From: Flavobacteriales bacterium
Lineage (GTDB): Bacteria; Bacteroidota; Bacteroidia; Flavobacteriales; JADGDT01
Direction of reading: 5' to 3'
NCBI GenBank assembly: GCA_023145275.1
Contig: JAGLEB010000091.1
Location: forward strand, 1-61,973
DNA: 61,973 bases
Shown in pieces: positions 41,668-51,018 of this stretch. Position 1 is the stretch's first letter. Each line of letters opens with the position of its first letter. The notes under the pieces were generated by a model. The model saw only the letters and a list, made by a program, of their open reading frames with translations, did not search any database and was not told the origin of the DNA. The translations under genes were made by a program, and so were the position numbers.

Positions 41668-41697
41668 TTAAAAAAGACAGCCACAAAGCTGTCTTTT
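41668..41697 (-). terminator. Rho-independent terminator after the AtpZ-like gene
   Basis: Minus-strand stem AAAAGACAGC / GCTGTCTTTT with loop TTTGTG, followed by a T-run. Confidence 0.7.
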
Positions 41698-41709
41698 CTA
41701 AATATTAAT

Positions 41710-41934
41710 TTATTTATCTAAATTTTGCACTTCTTTATATGCAATATAAAGAGATATAAAGACACCTATCAGAGATAGGACTACGGTAAAAAGAAAATCA
41801 AATTCGTATTTCTCGTCTAACCATACCCCGGCATAAGCGCTTAGACCAATTATTCCAGCCATTTGAAACACCAATCCTCCTAGGCTTGCATAAGTATTAA
41901 GATACTTTTTGTTTGTTTTCTTTTTGTCCTCCAT
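41710..41934 (-). CDS. AtpZ/AtpI family protein (ATP synthase protein I-like)
   Basis: 74 aa with two TM segments. YASLGGLVFQMAGIIGLSAYAGVWLD resembles the AtpI/ATPase_gene1 pattern. Confidence 0.65.
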   Translation of the reverse strand: MEDKKKTNKKYLNTYASLGGLVFQMAGIIGLSAYAGVWLDEKYEFDFLFTVVLSLIGVFISLYIAYKEVQNLDK

Positions 41935-42316
41935 TTAGATTTTTCACATTTCCTTTCATACTACAAGTAGCATCAAATGTTGCTCCAGGTTCAATAGCAA
42001 TTTTAGCAACAAGCACATCACCAATAATTACTGCAGTAGATTTCAACGTCATTAATTCTTTGACCTTAATATTTCCCGAAATTTTCCCTTCGACTTCTGC
42101 ATTAGCACAAACCAAATTACCATCGATAAATCCTTCAGTCCCTACAAGCACACGACCTGTAGTTTCAATAGTACCTTCTACTTTTCCATCAATTCTAAAG
42201 TCTCCATCAGATTTTATCTCTCCAATAATAGTAGTTCCAGCTGCTATAACATTTCTTTGACTACCATTCTGAGCAACTTCTTGCTCCTTCTTTTCATCTT
42301 TCCCTTTTGAAAACAT
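41897..42316 (-). CDS. Bactofilin family cytoskeletal protein
   Basis: Repetitive beta-helix pattern (IIGEIKSDGDFRIDGKVEGTIETTGRVLVGTEGFIDGNLVCANAEVEGKISGNIKV) is typical of the bactofilin/CcmA domain. Confidence 0.85.
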   Translation of the reverse strand: MFSKGKDEKKEQEVAQNGSQRNVIAAGTTIIGEIKSDGDFRIDGKVEGTIETTGRVLVGTEGFIDGNLVCANAEVEGKISGNIKVKELMTLKSTAVIIGDVLVAKIAIEPGATFDATCSMKGNVKNLNGGQKENKQKVS

Positions 42317-42327
42317 AACAATATTTA

Positions 42328-44916
42328 TTATTTATACTTCTTTAAGTATAATTCTGTATTTTTCTTGCGCTGCAAAATATTAAAATTATCTCGAGAAATA
42401 ATAAAAGTATCCGTGTTTTTTACACCCAAATCTCTCCTAATTAAGCTTTTCGGTAAATACTCCTTTTTAAAGTCTTCCGCAGCTTCCCAACTTTTAAAAT
42501 TATATATTACAAATGCATTTTCTGTAAAGGAATATGAGCTTAATTCCGTTTTCAATAATTTCTTCCAAATTATCTTCGCCAAAGACTTTTCTAACTTCGA
42601 AAAATCAACATCTTCCCCTGCCAATATAACAATCCTTGCACTCTCTCTATCTTCCATATCGAAAAAACTGTTCTGCTCTTTCTTCAGCTTCACCAAGAGC
42701 TGTTTAGAATTTTCTGATACGTCATCATTAGGGAAATTATACATAACATACTCTAATGCTTCTTTATACTCTACATAAGTACCAAGTTTCCCAATAGAAA
42801 TGGCCTTAATAAGCTCTACCTTTGGAGTAATTTCATTTCCTGGATAATCACTAATAAACTTATCGCTCAATCTAATTACCTTTCTGAAATCTCTTTCAGA
42901 CAAGCTAGCAATAATAGACTCATACAAAAGATCAACTTTCTTCTTTTCTGAAGTCGAGTTTACTTCTCCAGGATTTAATATCATCTCAGCATACCTACTT
43001 TTAGGGTAATCACTCAGAATAATCTCTTTATATTCTTTTTCTTTTCTAACGTACTCAAGGCTCCTATAGTTTTTATACAAATAATAATAAACTGGCAACT
43101 TCAGTTCTTTTTTCGGTTTAAACGCCAGCAAGTCTTCAAGTGTTTTCGCTGATAGGTCATATTTGTAAAATTGCTCATTGTATATCAAACCAAGTGCGTA
43201 ATAAGCAAAGTCTCTTTCAACCTTCATCTGCTTAAGCGTATCTTTATCTGAAGGTATCTGTGCTGTATAATACTCTACTGTATACAAAGGGTTAACCAAA
43301 ACTTTTGCTGCTTTTTCAGCATTGTCACCTTCAATTGATCCGTCTTCATTCTCATTTTCTTCGTCAATTTTAGCAGCAAGGGTATTTACGGGCTTAGAAA
43401 GTATTCTCCATTGATCTTGGAGTGGTCTATCTCCCCATCGTTTTTCAAACTCCGATCTTCCATGCTCGAGAGTTACGGGATTATACAAGTAGAAAGAGCT
43501 TCTAGCGCCACCAGTATAATTAGCATCATTACTAGAACTATTTTCTTCGGCAAGTCTTGCAGCTTCAACAGCTTCAGCAGCCTTTATTTCATCATATTCT
43601 TTCAACCAGACTATATGTTTCTCAAAAAAATCAACACGTTCTCCATCAGTCATATTAGCAATCTTCAAGATACTATCGTTAGTCTCCGAAATAGAAATAA
43701 ATTTAATAACATTATCTAATTGTCTGCGCTTCCGAGAAACATTCCTATAATTATCGTACGACTTAGACATTATTGTTAATGTACTATCGTAATACGCGGC
43801 AGCATATTTATATTTAGATTGGTCGAAATTCACATTACCCAATAACTCATAGGCCAATCCTTTTTCATATTTACCAGCTTTAGCTGCAGATATTGCCATT
43901 TTTAAATTTTCCTCAGCCTTTTCGTAATACTGTTCCTTATAATATATTTTTCCTATTTGGTAATAAATTTTATCAAGATCATCTTGGTTTCTTTTCTCAT
44001 CAAGCATCTCGGTTAGTTCATCAATATACTTCTTCAGTACATCTCTATCGATATCAAAATTCTCGGCCCTATCTAGCTTTGCATGTAACACGTACTTATA
44101 TGGAGTACCAATTTCAACAACTTTAGCAAAGGTTTGGCTTGATTGACTAGTCCTATCATCAAGCCTATAAATTTGGGCTAGTATATACGCATACCTAGTC
44201 TTCACTCTAGCATCTCCCTCGAGATCTATAGCTTTCTTCATTTGCTTTATTGAGCTAGAATACTTTTTTTGCTGAAGTAATGCATCTGAATAATGAGCAT
44301 ATATTTCGGGTTTGAAACTTTTTGGCACCCTCGAATTTACAAGCATACTCTCGAGCTCAGTTACTGCAAGAGCATAATTTCCAATTTGGATTTGAGTCTT
44401 TGCCGACCACAACAAAGCTTCATAGTAAGCATCTCCTCCAACGAATTTTAATTTCACAAAATTGAATGCCTCTAATGCTGGAATAAATTTAGATTGATAA
44501 TATCTCGTCTTCCCTAAAAGAAGATAGGCTTCATCCATATACTTATTCATCTCATTACCTCCAAAATTCATGGAGTGTTTTTGGATAGCCTTAGTAGCTT
44601 TTTCATTAGCTTTTTTCAGATGACTTCGACCTTTCATCGCTCTCATTCCAGTTTCGAATGGAGCAATTGGGAGTACCTTTCTGAAGTCATCTTGATAATC
44701 GTCAACAATTATTTCTTCAGCCTTCTCTAAACTATTATCCCCATTATATAATACATTGTAAGCTGTGGTTGTTTTATGAAACTGCCTATTGACAAATTTA
44801 TTCTTTTTTGTAGAACATGCTGATCCTAGAGTTACAAGAACAATAAGTAGCAGCACTTTATTTATAAAAGTGTTGAGTTTTTTTGTAGAATCTATCTTTT
44901 TTCTAGAATTCATCAA
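42328..44916 (-). CDS. TPR-repeat lipoprotein, tentatively the T9SS/gliding component SprE/PorW
   Basis: 862 aa. Lipobox LGSAC followed by STKKNKFVNRQFHKTTTAYNVLYNG, with multiple TPR-like repeats. Size and architecture match my recollection of SprE. Not verified. Confidence 0.55.
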   Translation of the reverse strand: MMNSRKKIDSTKKLNTFINKVLLLIVLVTLGSACSTKKNKFVNRQFHKTTTAYNVLYNGDNSLEKAEEIIVDDYQDDFRKVLPIAPFETGMRAMKGRSHLKKANEKATKAIQKHSMNFGGNEMNKYMDEAYLLLGKTRYYQSKFIPALEAFNFVKLKFVGGDAYYEALLWSAKTQIQIGNYALAVTELESMLVNSRVPKSFKPEIYAHYSDALLQQKKYSSSIKQMKKAIDLEGDARVKTRYAYILAQIYRLDDRTSQSSQTFAKVVEIGTPYKYVLHAKLDRAENFDIDRDVLKKYIDELTEMLDEKRNQDDLDKIYYQIGKIYYKEQYYEKAEENLKMAISAAKAGKYEKGLAYELLGNVNFDQSKYKYAAAYYDSTLTIMSKSYDNYRNVSRKRRQLDNVIKFISISETNDSILKIANMTDGERVDFFEKHIVWLKEYDEIKAAEAVEAARLAEENSSSNDANYTGGARSSFYLYNPVTLEHGRSEFEKRWGDRPLQDQWRILSKPVNTLAAKIDEENENEDGSIEGDNAEKAAKVLVNPLYTVEYYTAQIPSDKDTLKQMKVERDFAYYALGLIYNEQFYKYDLSAKTLEDLLAFKPKKELKLPVYYYLYKNYRSLEYVRKEKEYKEIILSDYPKSRYAEMILNPGEVNSTSEKKKVDLLYESIIASLSERDFRKVIRLSDKFISDYPGNEITPKVELIKAISIGKLGTYVEYKEALEYVMYNFPNDDVSENSKQLLVKLKKEQNSFFDMEDRESARIVILAGEDVDFSKLEKSLAKIIWKKLLKTELSSYSFTENAFVIYNFKSWEAAEDFKKEYLPKSLIRRDLGVKNTDTFIISRDNFNILQRKKNTELYLKKYK

Positions 44917-45200
44917 TAAGTATATTTTTAGAACTGTCTTAATTTCTACAGCCTAAGTTTCCTAAAACTTTCAAAACAGTAATTATAGTAATCTCTGAGT
45001 TTTTAATAAATATGGATTTTTCAAATGTACTCAATAAAGTATTATTCTATCCAAATATGTATTAAATTGCATTCGAAAATAAGGAACACAATAATTTGCT
45101 AAAATTAGAATAAATACATTAACAATTATAATAAAACAATATCATATTTTTCAATATTAATTTAAACAACTTTGGTTTAAATAATTCAATAAGCTTATAA

Positions 45201-46079
45201 ATGGCCAAAAAAACTGAAAAAAATAAATTCAAAAAGAAATTAGTGCACAATTACCGCTTGGTAATAAGTTCTGAAGACACTTGGGAGGAGAAATTTTCAT
45301 TGCGATTGAATAGGTTAAATGTTTTTGTAGTACTAAGCATTTCTTCCATTTTACTAATCGCTATTACCACTCTTATTATTTCTTTCACGCCCATAAGAGA
45401 ATATATTCCGGGATACGAATCTCCTGAATTAAGGAAAAACGCTCAAAATTTAATTTTCAAAACAGACTCTTTAGAGAATATCGTAAAAAGAAACCAAGCG
45501 TATATCGATAATCTAGCATTGATATTAAGTGGAGAAATAGATTCTATAGAGCTAGGTGCACCAGTAGAAAGAGTTGATACCATTGACAATCATAAGAATG
45601 ATTACCACTATGCAAATTTTGCAAATTCTAAAGAAGACTCAATTTTTAGAGCAGAAATTGAGATGGAAGACAGATACAATCTGTTTGGAAAGAAAAAGAA
45701 AAGCAACTTCATTTTAGTTGCTCCAATTTCGGGAATTCTTTCTCAAAAATACGATCCTAAAAACAAACACTTTGCAGTTGATGTAGCAGTAAGCAAAGGA
45801 ACTCCTGTAAAAGCAGTAGCAGACGGAACAGTGATTTTTTCGGAATGGACATCAACCACAGGAAACGTATTAATTATAGAGCATAAAAATGATCTTATAT
45901 CTGTTTACAAACACTGCTCTAGCTCAACTAAAGCTCAAGGAGATTTTATCGAAAGTGGCGAAGTTATCGCTGTTTCAGGATCTTCAGGAGAATTAAGCAC
46001 TGGACCGCACTTACATTTTGAACTATGGTACAATGGTTTCCCCGTTAACCCATCTGACTACATTAATTTCGAATTATGA
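45201..46079 (+). CDS. M23 family metallopeptidase (membrane-anchored)
   Basis: HFAVDVA and GPHLHFELW zinc-ligand motifs, plus an N-terminal TM anchor. Confidence 0.85.
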   Translation: MAKKTEKNKFKKKLVHNYRLVISSEDTWEEKFSLRLNRLNVFVVLSISSILLIAITTLIISFTPIREYIPGYESPELRKNAQNLIFKTDSLENIVKRNQAYIDNLALILSGEIDSIELGAPVERVDTIDNHKNDYHYANFANSKEDSIFRAEIEMEDRYNLFGKKKKSNFILVAPISGILSQKYDPKNKHFAVDVAVSKGTPVKAVADGTVIFSEWTSTTGNVLIIEHKNDLISVYKHCSSSTKAQGDFIESGEVIAVSGSSGELSTGPHLHFELWYNGFPVNPSDYINFEL

Positions 46080-47569
46080 GTATAAAAGGAATATTATCAA
46101 AAATTTACGCAAGTTACATTGCACATAAAACCTATAAATGGGCTTCGGAACCTGAAGAGACTCAACTTAAAGTATTCAAACACCTTATTGAAAAGGCTAA
46201 AAATACTGAGTTTGGAAAAGATCATAATTTCGATAATATAAAGTCGTATGATGATTTCAGGGGTAATGTTCCCGTGGTGGCTTACGAAGGATTAAAGGAA
46301 TACATCGATAAGGTTATTGACGGTCAAGAAGACATATTATGGCCTGGGAAACCATTATATTTTGCAAAAACTTCGGGCACTACCTCTGGATCTAAATTCA
46401 TCCCTTTAAGTGTAGACTCTTTACCAAATCATATTGAAGCAGCTAAAAACGCTCTTTTATTATATATAAACGAGACGGGAAATAACACCTTCGTTGATGG
46501 CAAAATGATCTTCTTACAAGGTAGCCCCGAATTAACAAAACAGAATGGCATAAACATTGGCCGACTTTCTGGCATAACTGCCCACTTTGTACCAAGCTAC
46601 CTACAACGCAATAGATTGCCTTCGTGGGAAACAAATCTTATTGACGATTGGGAGAAAAAGGTAGATGCTATAGTCGAAGAAACATTCGATCAAGACATGA
46701 GACTTATCTCGGGAATTCCGCCGTGGATGGTAATGTACTTTGAGAGGCTTCACGAAAAGACTGGAAAGAAAATAGGAGATTTATTTCCTGAATTCTCTTT
46801 ATTCATAAATGGTGGTGTTGCTTACGAACCTTATCGAAAGAAATTTAACGAATTAATTGGTCGCGAAGTTGACGTACTCGAACTCTACCCAGCCTCCGAA
46901 GGATTTATTGCATTTCAAGACTCCCAAAAAGATGATGGAATGTTGTTATTACTAGACAACGGAATGTTTTATGAATTTATTCCTGCAAATGAATTTTACA
47001 ACGAAAACCCATCACGATTAAGTATTGGAGAAGTTGAGCTAGGTGTAAATTACGTATTGATTCTTAATACAAATGCAGGTTTATGGGGATACAATATTGG
47101 AGATACAATTGTTTTCACTTCAAAGACTCCATATAGAATTAAAGTATCGGGGAGAATAAAACATTTTATATCGGCATTTGGCGAACATGTAATAGGAAAA
47201 GAGGTTGAAGATTCGCTAAAAGAAGCTATAGCAAATCAAAATATAAGACTTAACGAATTCACTGTTGCTCCACAAGTAAACCCCACATCTGGTCTGCCAT
47301 ACCACGAATGGTTTGTTGAATTTGAAAATGCTCCCGAAAATATTGAGGAATTTGCTAGCAATATCGACAATGCCCTCAGAAATAAAAACACCTACTACAA
47401 CGATCTCATATCTGGAAAAGTATTGAGACCATTGATTGTTAGAAAAATAGAAAAAAACGGATTTAACAACTATATGAAATCTATTGGTAAACTTGGGGGA
47501 CAGAATAAAACTCCACGATTATCTAACAATAGGGAAATTGCAGATATGCTAAGGCAGTATATTACATAA
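46076..47569 (+). CDS. GH3 (auxin-responsive promoter) family adenylating enzyme homolog
   Basis: FAKTSGTTSGSKFIPL acyl-adenylate motif and about 500-aa GH3 architecture. The start overlaps the M23 stop (ATGA). Confidence 0.8.
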   Translation: MSIKGILSKIYASYIAHKTYKWASEPEETQLKVFKHLIEKAKNTEFGKDHNFDNIKSYDDFRGNVPVVAYEGLKEYIDKVIDGQEDILWPGKPLYFAKTSGTTSGSKFIPLSVDSLPNHIEAAKNALLLYINETGNNTFVDGKMIFLQGSPELTKQNGINIGRLSGITAHFVPSYLQRNRLPSWETNLIDDWEKKVDAIVEETFDQDMRLISGIPPWMVMYFERLHEKTGKKIGDLFPEFSLFINGGVAYEPYRKKFNELIGREVDVLELYPASEGFIAFQDSQKDDGMLLLLDNGMFYEFIPANEFYNENPSRLSIGEVELGVNYVLILNTNAGLWGYNIGDTIVFTSKTPYRIKVSGRIKHFISAFGEHVIGKEVEDSLKEAIANQNIRLNEFTVAPQVNPTSGLPYHEWFVEFENAPENIEEFASNIDNALRNKNTYYNDLISGKVLRPLIVRKIEKNGFNNYMKSIGKLGGQNKTPRLSNNREIADMLRQYIT

Positions 47570-47592
47570 AACATCAAAAGTAAATACAAATA

Positions 47593-48270
47593 ATGAAGGT
47601 ACTCGTAGTAGAGGATGAAGAACTATTGAGAAAATCCATACAAGATTTCCTGCAACACGAAGGATATATCCACGAGGCTGCTGCTTCTTTTTCGTGTGCT
47701 CACGAAAAAATAGAGCTATACAACTACGATATTGTTTTATTAGACCTAGGCCTTCCTGATGGTGATGGAGTAAACTTGATAGAAGTAATTAAAACACGAT
47801 CCGAAAATACTGGCGTAATCATAATATCTGCTAGAAATGCAATTGACGACAGAGTAAAAGGTCTTGAGAAAGGTGCAGATGACTATCTTACAAAACCTTT
47901 TCATTTAAGCGAGCTCAATGCGAGGTTGAAAAGTCTTTTTAGAAGATTAAACTTCAAAGGAAACAGTACATACACTTTCAACGAATTAACCATCAACCCT
48001 GATGATATGAAAGCTTGTGTTAATAATAAAGACTTGTCGCTAACAAAAAAGGAGTTTGATCTATTAGTATATTTTCTAGCAAACAAAAATCGTGTAATCA
48101 CAAAAATCACTCTTGGCGAACACCTTTGGGGCGATTATATTGACACTGTGGACTCTCTAGACTTCATATACACTCATATAAAAAACCTACGAAAAAAGCT
48201 GGTAAATGCAGGTAGTGTTGATTATATAAAAAATGTTTATGGAGTTGGATATAAGTTTAACGATGAATAA
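47593..48270 (+). CDS. OmpR-family response regulator
   Basis: MKVLVVEDEE, IVLLDLGLPDGDG, and KPF, with a winged-helix C-terminus (GVGYKF). Confidence 0.9.
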   Translation: MKVLVVEDEELLRKSIQDFLQHEGYIHEAAASFSCAHEKIELYNYDIVLLDLGLPDGDGVNLIEVIKTRSENTGVIIISARNAIDDRVKGLEKGADDYLTKPFHLSELNARLKSLFRRLNFKGNSTYTFNELTINPDDMKACVNNKDLSLTKKEFDLLVYFLANKNRVITKITLGEHLWGDYIDTVDSLDFIYTHIKNLRKKLVNAGSVDYIKNVYGVGYKFNDE

Positions 48271-48438
48271 AAACATATTGGAAGGTACTACCATAAATTA
48301 TGCCTTCAGCCTTAATATATTTTCTTTGAATTAGCATGTTGATGATTAGATGGAGAAGTTAGCAAAAGGCTATAAAATATCACAATTGGTGAAAAACGGT
48401 ATATAGTTAACTACTGACCTCAAAAAAAAATTATTTAA

Positions 48439-49698
48439 GTGAAACTAATTAGTAAAATAAACTACAATTTTATATCCATCGCAATCTCGATTTTTTTTGT
48501 GGGGGGGATTGTATTCTACATTATGCTTCGCTCATTAATGCTAGACCAAACTGACAATCAACTAATAGAAAGTAAAAACCTGATTGAGATAAAGTTCGAG
48601 CAATTTCTACAACAACCAAACAGGTACATATGGAAAGATGGACTAATAAGTATTTCTCTAAAAGATAAAACAGAGGACAATTCAACTATTATTTCAGATA
48701 CTTTAATTAATATTTCAGAAAACAATATTGCTTCAGCATATCGAAAAATAGAATTCCAACACAAGCACAACAATCAATTATACCGAATAAAAATATTAAA
48801 AGAACTAAGCTTTACTGACAACTTAACCCTGAACATAATATTACTTGTTGGAGGTTTAGCCATTTTTTTTACGATGAGTTTCTTTATTGTTTTTAGGATT
48901 GTAGCTAACACAAGTTTATTAGATTTCTACGAAACCATTAAGGCATTAAAGGAATTTAAGATTGCCGAACCCGAAAACATTAAAATAAACCACAGCGATG
49001 TTGACGAATTTGAGTATCTCAATGAAGTTATTACTTTAATTACCAGCAAAATTCAGCAAGACTATAAAAGTTTAAAAGAATTTACAGAGAACGCATCACA
49101 CGAAATTCAGACTCCTCTCGCTATTATCCAGAATAAAGTAGAACAACTGATACAAGGTGAAGAAATTAGCGAAGAACAAATGAAGTCATTCTCCGAAATA
49201 CTAGATGCAACTTCTCGCCTTTCGAAACTAAACAGAGGTCTAAACCAGTTGGTGAAAATTGAAGGAGGGCAATATATCCACACTGAAAAAATAGATATAC
49301 AAAACATTATTTGTAAAAACATTGATCACTTAGGTGATATGCTTTTAGCTAAGGACATTACAGTTATAAAGAATTTTCACAGTCACAACAAGGTCAGTAT
49401 TAATCCAAACTTAGCAGAACTACTGATCTTCAATTTGCTAAAAAATGCCTTAATGCACAATGTAAAAGGAGGAAAAATAATTATTTCCATAACAGATAAC
49501 GAAATAACAATTACAAACTCGGGGAAAGATGAAGCCTTAAACATTAACCTCCTATCTGAGAGATTCTCGAAAGGTGACGAATCAAAATCTCTCGGTTTAG
49601 GCCTGTCAATTGTCCAAAAGATTTGCCGCTATTCAAATATCGACCTATCATACCATTACCTTCACCATATGCACACTATTAAATTAGTTTTTAAATAA
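48439..49698 (+). CDS. Sensor histidine kinase
   Basis: Two TM segments, H-box ENASHEIQTPLAII, N-box NLLKNALMHN and G-box GLGLSIV. The first TM segment requires the GTG start, because the first ATG falls after it. Confidence 0.85.
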   Translation: MKLISKINYNFISIAISIFFVGGIVFYIMLRSLMLDQTDNQLIESKNLIEIKFEQFLQQPNRYIWKDGLISISLKDKTEDNSTIISDTLINISENNIASAYRKIEFQHKHNNQLYRIKILKELSFTDNLTLNIILLVGGLAIFFTMSFFIVFRIVANTSLLDFYETIKALKEFKIAEPENIKINHSDVDEFEYLNEVITLITSKIQQDYKSLKEFTENASHEIQTPLAIIQNKVEQLIQGEEISEEQMKSFSEILDATSRLSKLNRGLNQLVKIEGGQYIHTEKIDIQNIICKNIDHLGDMLLAKDITVIKNFHSHNKVSINPNLAELLIFNLLKNALMHNVKGGKIIISITDNEITITNSGKDEALNINLLSERFSKGDESKSLGLGLSIVQKICRYSNIDLSYHYLHHMHTIKLVFK

Positions 49699-49704
49699 AT
49701 CCTT

Positions 49705-50112
49705 ATGATTTTCACAACACACTCCCTATTAAGTGCACTATATCTAATTATAGCACTTACGAGTATTTTACGATTTTCGTTCGCATGGAGAAACAAGCTT
49801 TCATTCACAAAGTACGACTCCTACTTAGCCATAACTCTACTTGTTACGCTTTATTTGCAAATGGCCATGGGTGTTTACCTATTTTACACTAAACTGAGTG
49901 CAACTATAGTTATACAAAATAATTCAATAGAAAATAGATTCTGGCCTGTAGAGCATTTCTTCGTTATGTTTTTTTCAATACTTACTGCTCAACTAGGATA
50001 TATATATTCTAAAAACATAAAGCAATCAAGCAGCAAATTCAAAACTCTTACTATTTACTATTCTATTTCAATTGTTCTTGTAATTTTCTCTCTTGCCATG
50101 ATTTTCATTTAA
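49705..50112 (+). CDS. Hypothetical 4-TM membrane protein downstream of the two-component pair
   Basis: 135 aa with four hydrophobic segments, starting 6 nt after the kinase stop. No family recognised. Confidence 0.5.
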   Translation: MIFTTHSLLSALYLIIALTSILRFSFAWRNKLSFTKYDSYLAITLLVTLYLQMAMGVYLFYTKLSATIVIQNNSIENRFWPVEHFFVMFFSILTAQLGYIYSKNIKQSSSKFKTLTIYYSISIVLVIFSLAMIFI

Positions 50113-50143
50113 GATATATAGGACTATGGATTATTATTATCAA

Positions 50144-50181
50144 CAAAAAAAGCCACAAATGTAAAACACTTGTGGCTTTTA
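50144..50181. terminator. Bidirectional terminator between convergent operons
   Basis: Stem AGCCACAA / TTGTGGCT (50151-58 / 50170-77) with an A-run upstream and a T-run downstream. Confidence 0.65.
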
Positions 50182-50201
50182 AATACTAATCTAACCGTCG
50201 T

Positions 50202-50999
50202 TTATTTCATTGTAAAAATAGCTCTACCAGGTCCAAATGATCCTGCAGCTACAGTATATTCAAGGTCAAGAGTTATTTTACCATCACATGATGAGAATAT
50301 ACCACTTCCACCAATTGAAAGCATTCCATATTCTAATCCCCAATCAGCAGTATTAATAACCTCTTGCTTAGGCACTAATACAGTAAAATTAGACTTATCG
50401 CTATAATCTAGTATCATTAGTAAGTCTCCTGTTGCTGTTCCTTGAGAATCATATAGGTTTTTAGCTATAATTTCGTTCTCATTTGCTCCTGCTACAAGCT
50501 CAACGTCCCAATTTGCCAACTCGTCAAAATACCATGTATCAGAGTAATCAGATGTTCCAACAAAATCATCCTGAAAATAAGGACAAAACTTTTGAATTGT
50601 CAACCAAAATTCCTTCTGCATCGACCCATCTCCATCAACCATTAAGGTAAGAGTTTCCGCCCCATCTAGCTTTGCGTAATTACCTTTAATTTCTACATTA
50701 GTAATAACTTCTCCTGCTTTTAACACAGGATCCTTTACCACAAAATCAAAATGAGTACCTTCTATAGCCGAACTACTTTCTCCAACAACTGAAACACCCA
50801 TTGTAACATCACTCGAACTTGAAGCTGTAACTCCAACTGGAAGCATATATGGATCACTACTACCCTCTTCTACAAAATAGGTAGCACTAGTACTAGGAAA
50901 ATGCTTTATTGCAGGTCCATCGTACTTTTTTGAATCTTTTGTACACGAGCTTGCAAATAATAAACTAAGCAACGCGAATACTGAAAATATTTTTTTCAT
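50202..50999 (-). CDS. PUL-associated surface lipoprotein (possibly a Calx-beta/DUF4843-like fold)
   Basis: Lipobox LFASSC. Sits immediately downstream of the SusD gene. The family call is a weak recollection only. Confidence 0.5.
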   Translation of the reverse strand: MKKIFSVFALLSLLFASSCTKDSKKYDGPAIKHFPSTSATYFVEEGSSDPYMLPVGVTASSSSDVTMGVSVVGESSSAIEGTHFDFVVKDPVLKAGEVITNVEIKGNYAKLDGAETLTLMVDGDGSMQKEFWLTIQKFCPYFQDDFVGTSDYSDTWYFDELANWDVELVAGANENEIIAKNLYDSQGTATGDLLMILDYSDKSNFTVLVPKQEVINTADWGLEYGMLSIGGSGIFSSCDGKITLDLEYTVAAGSFGPGRAIFTMK

Positions 51000-51018
51000 A
51001 ACATTATCTTATTTATTA

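Noticed and set aside
41913-42260. 115-aa plus-strand ORF opposite the bactofilin gene
   Set aside because: The repetitive bactofilin coding sequence leaves the opposite frame open. The bactofilin reading is strongly supported by its domain pattern.
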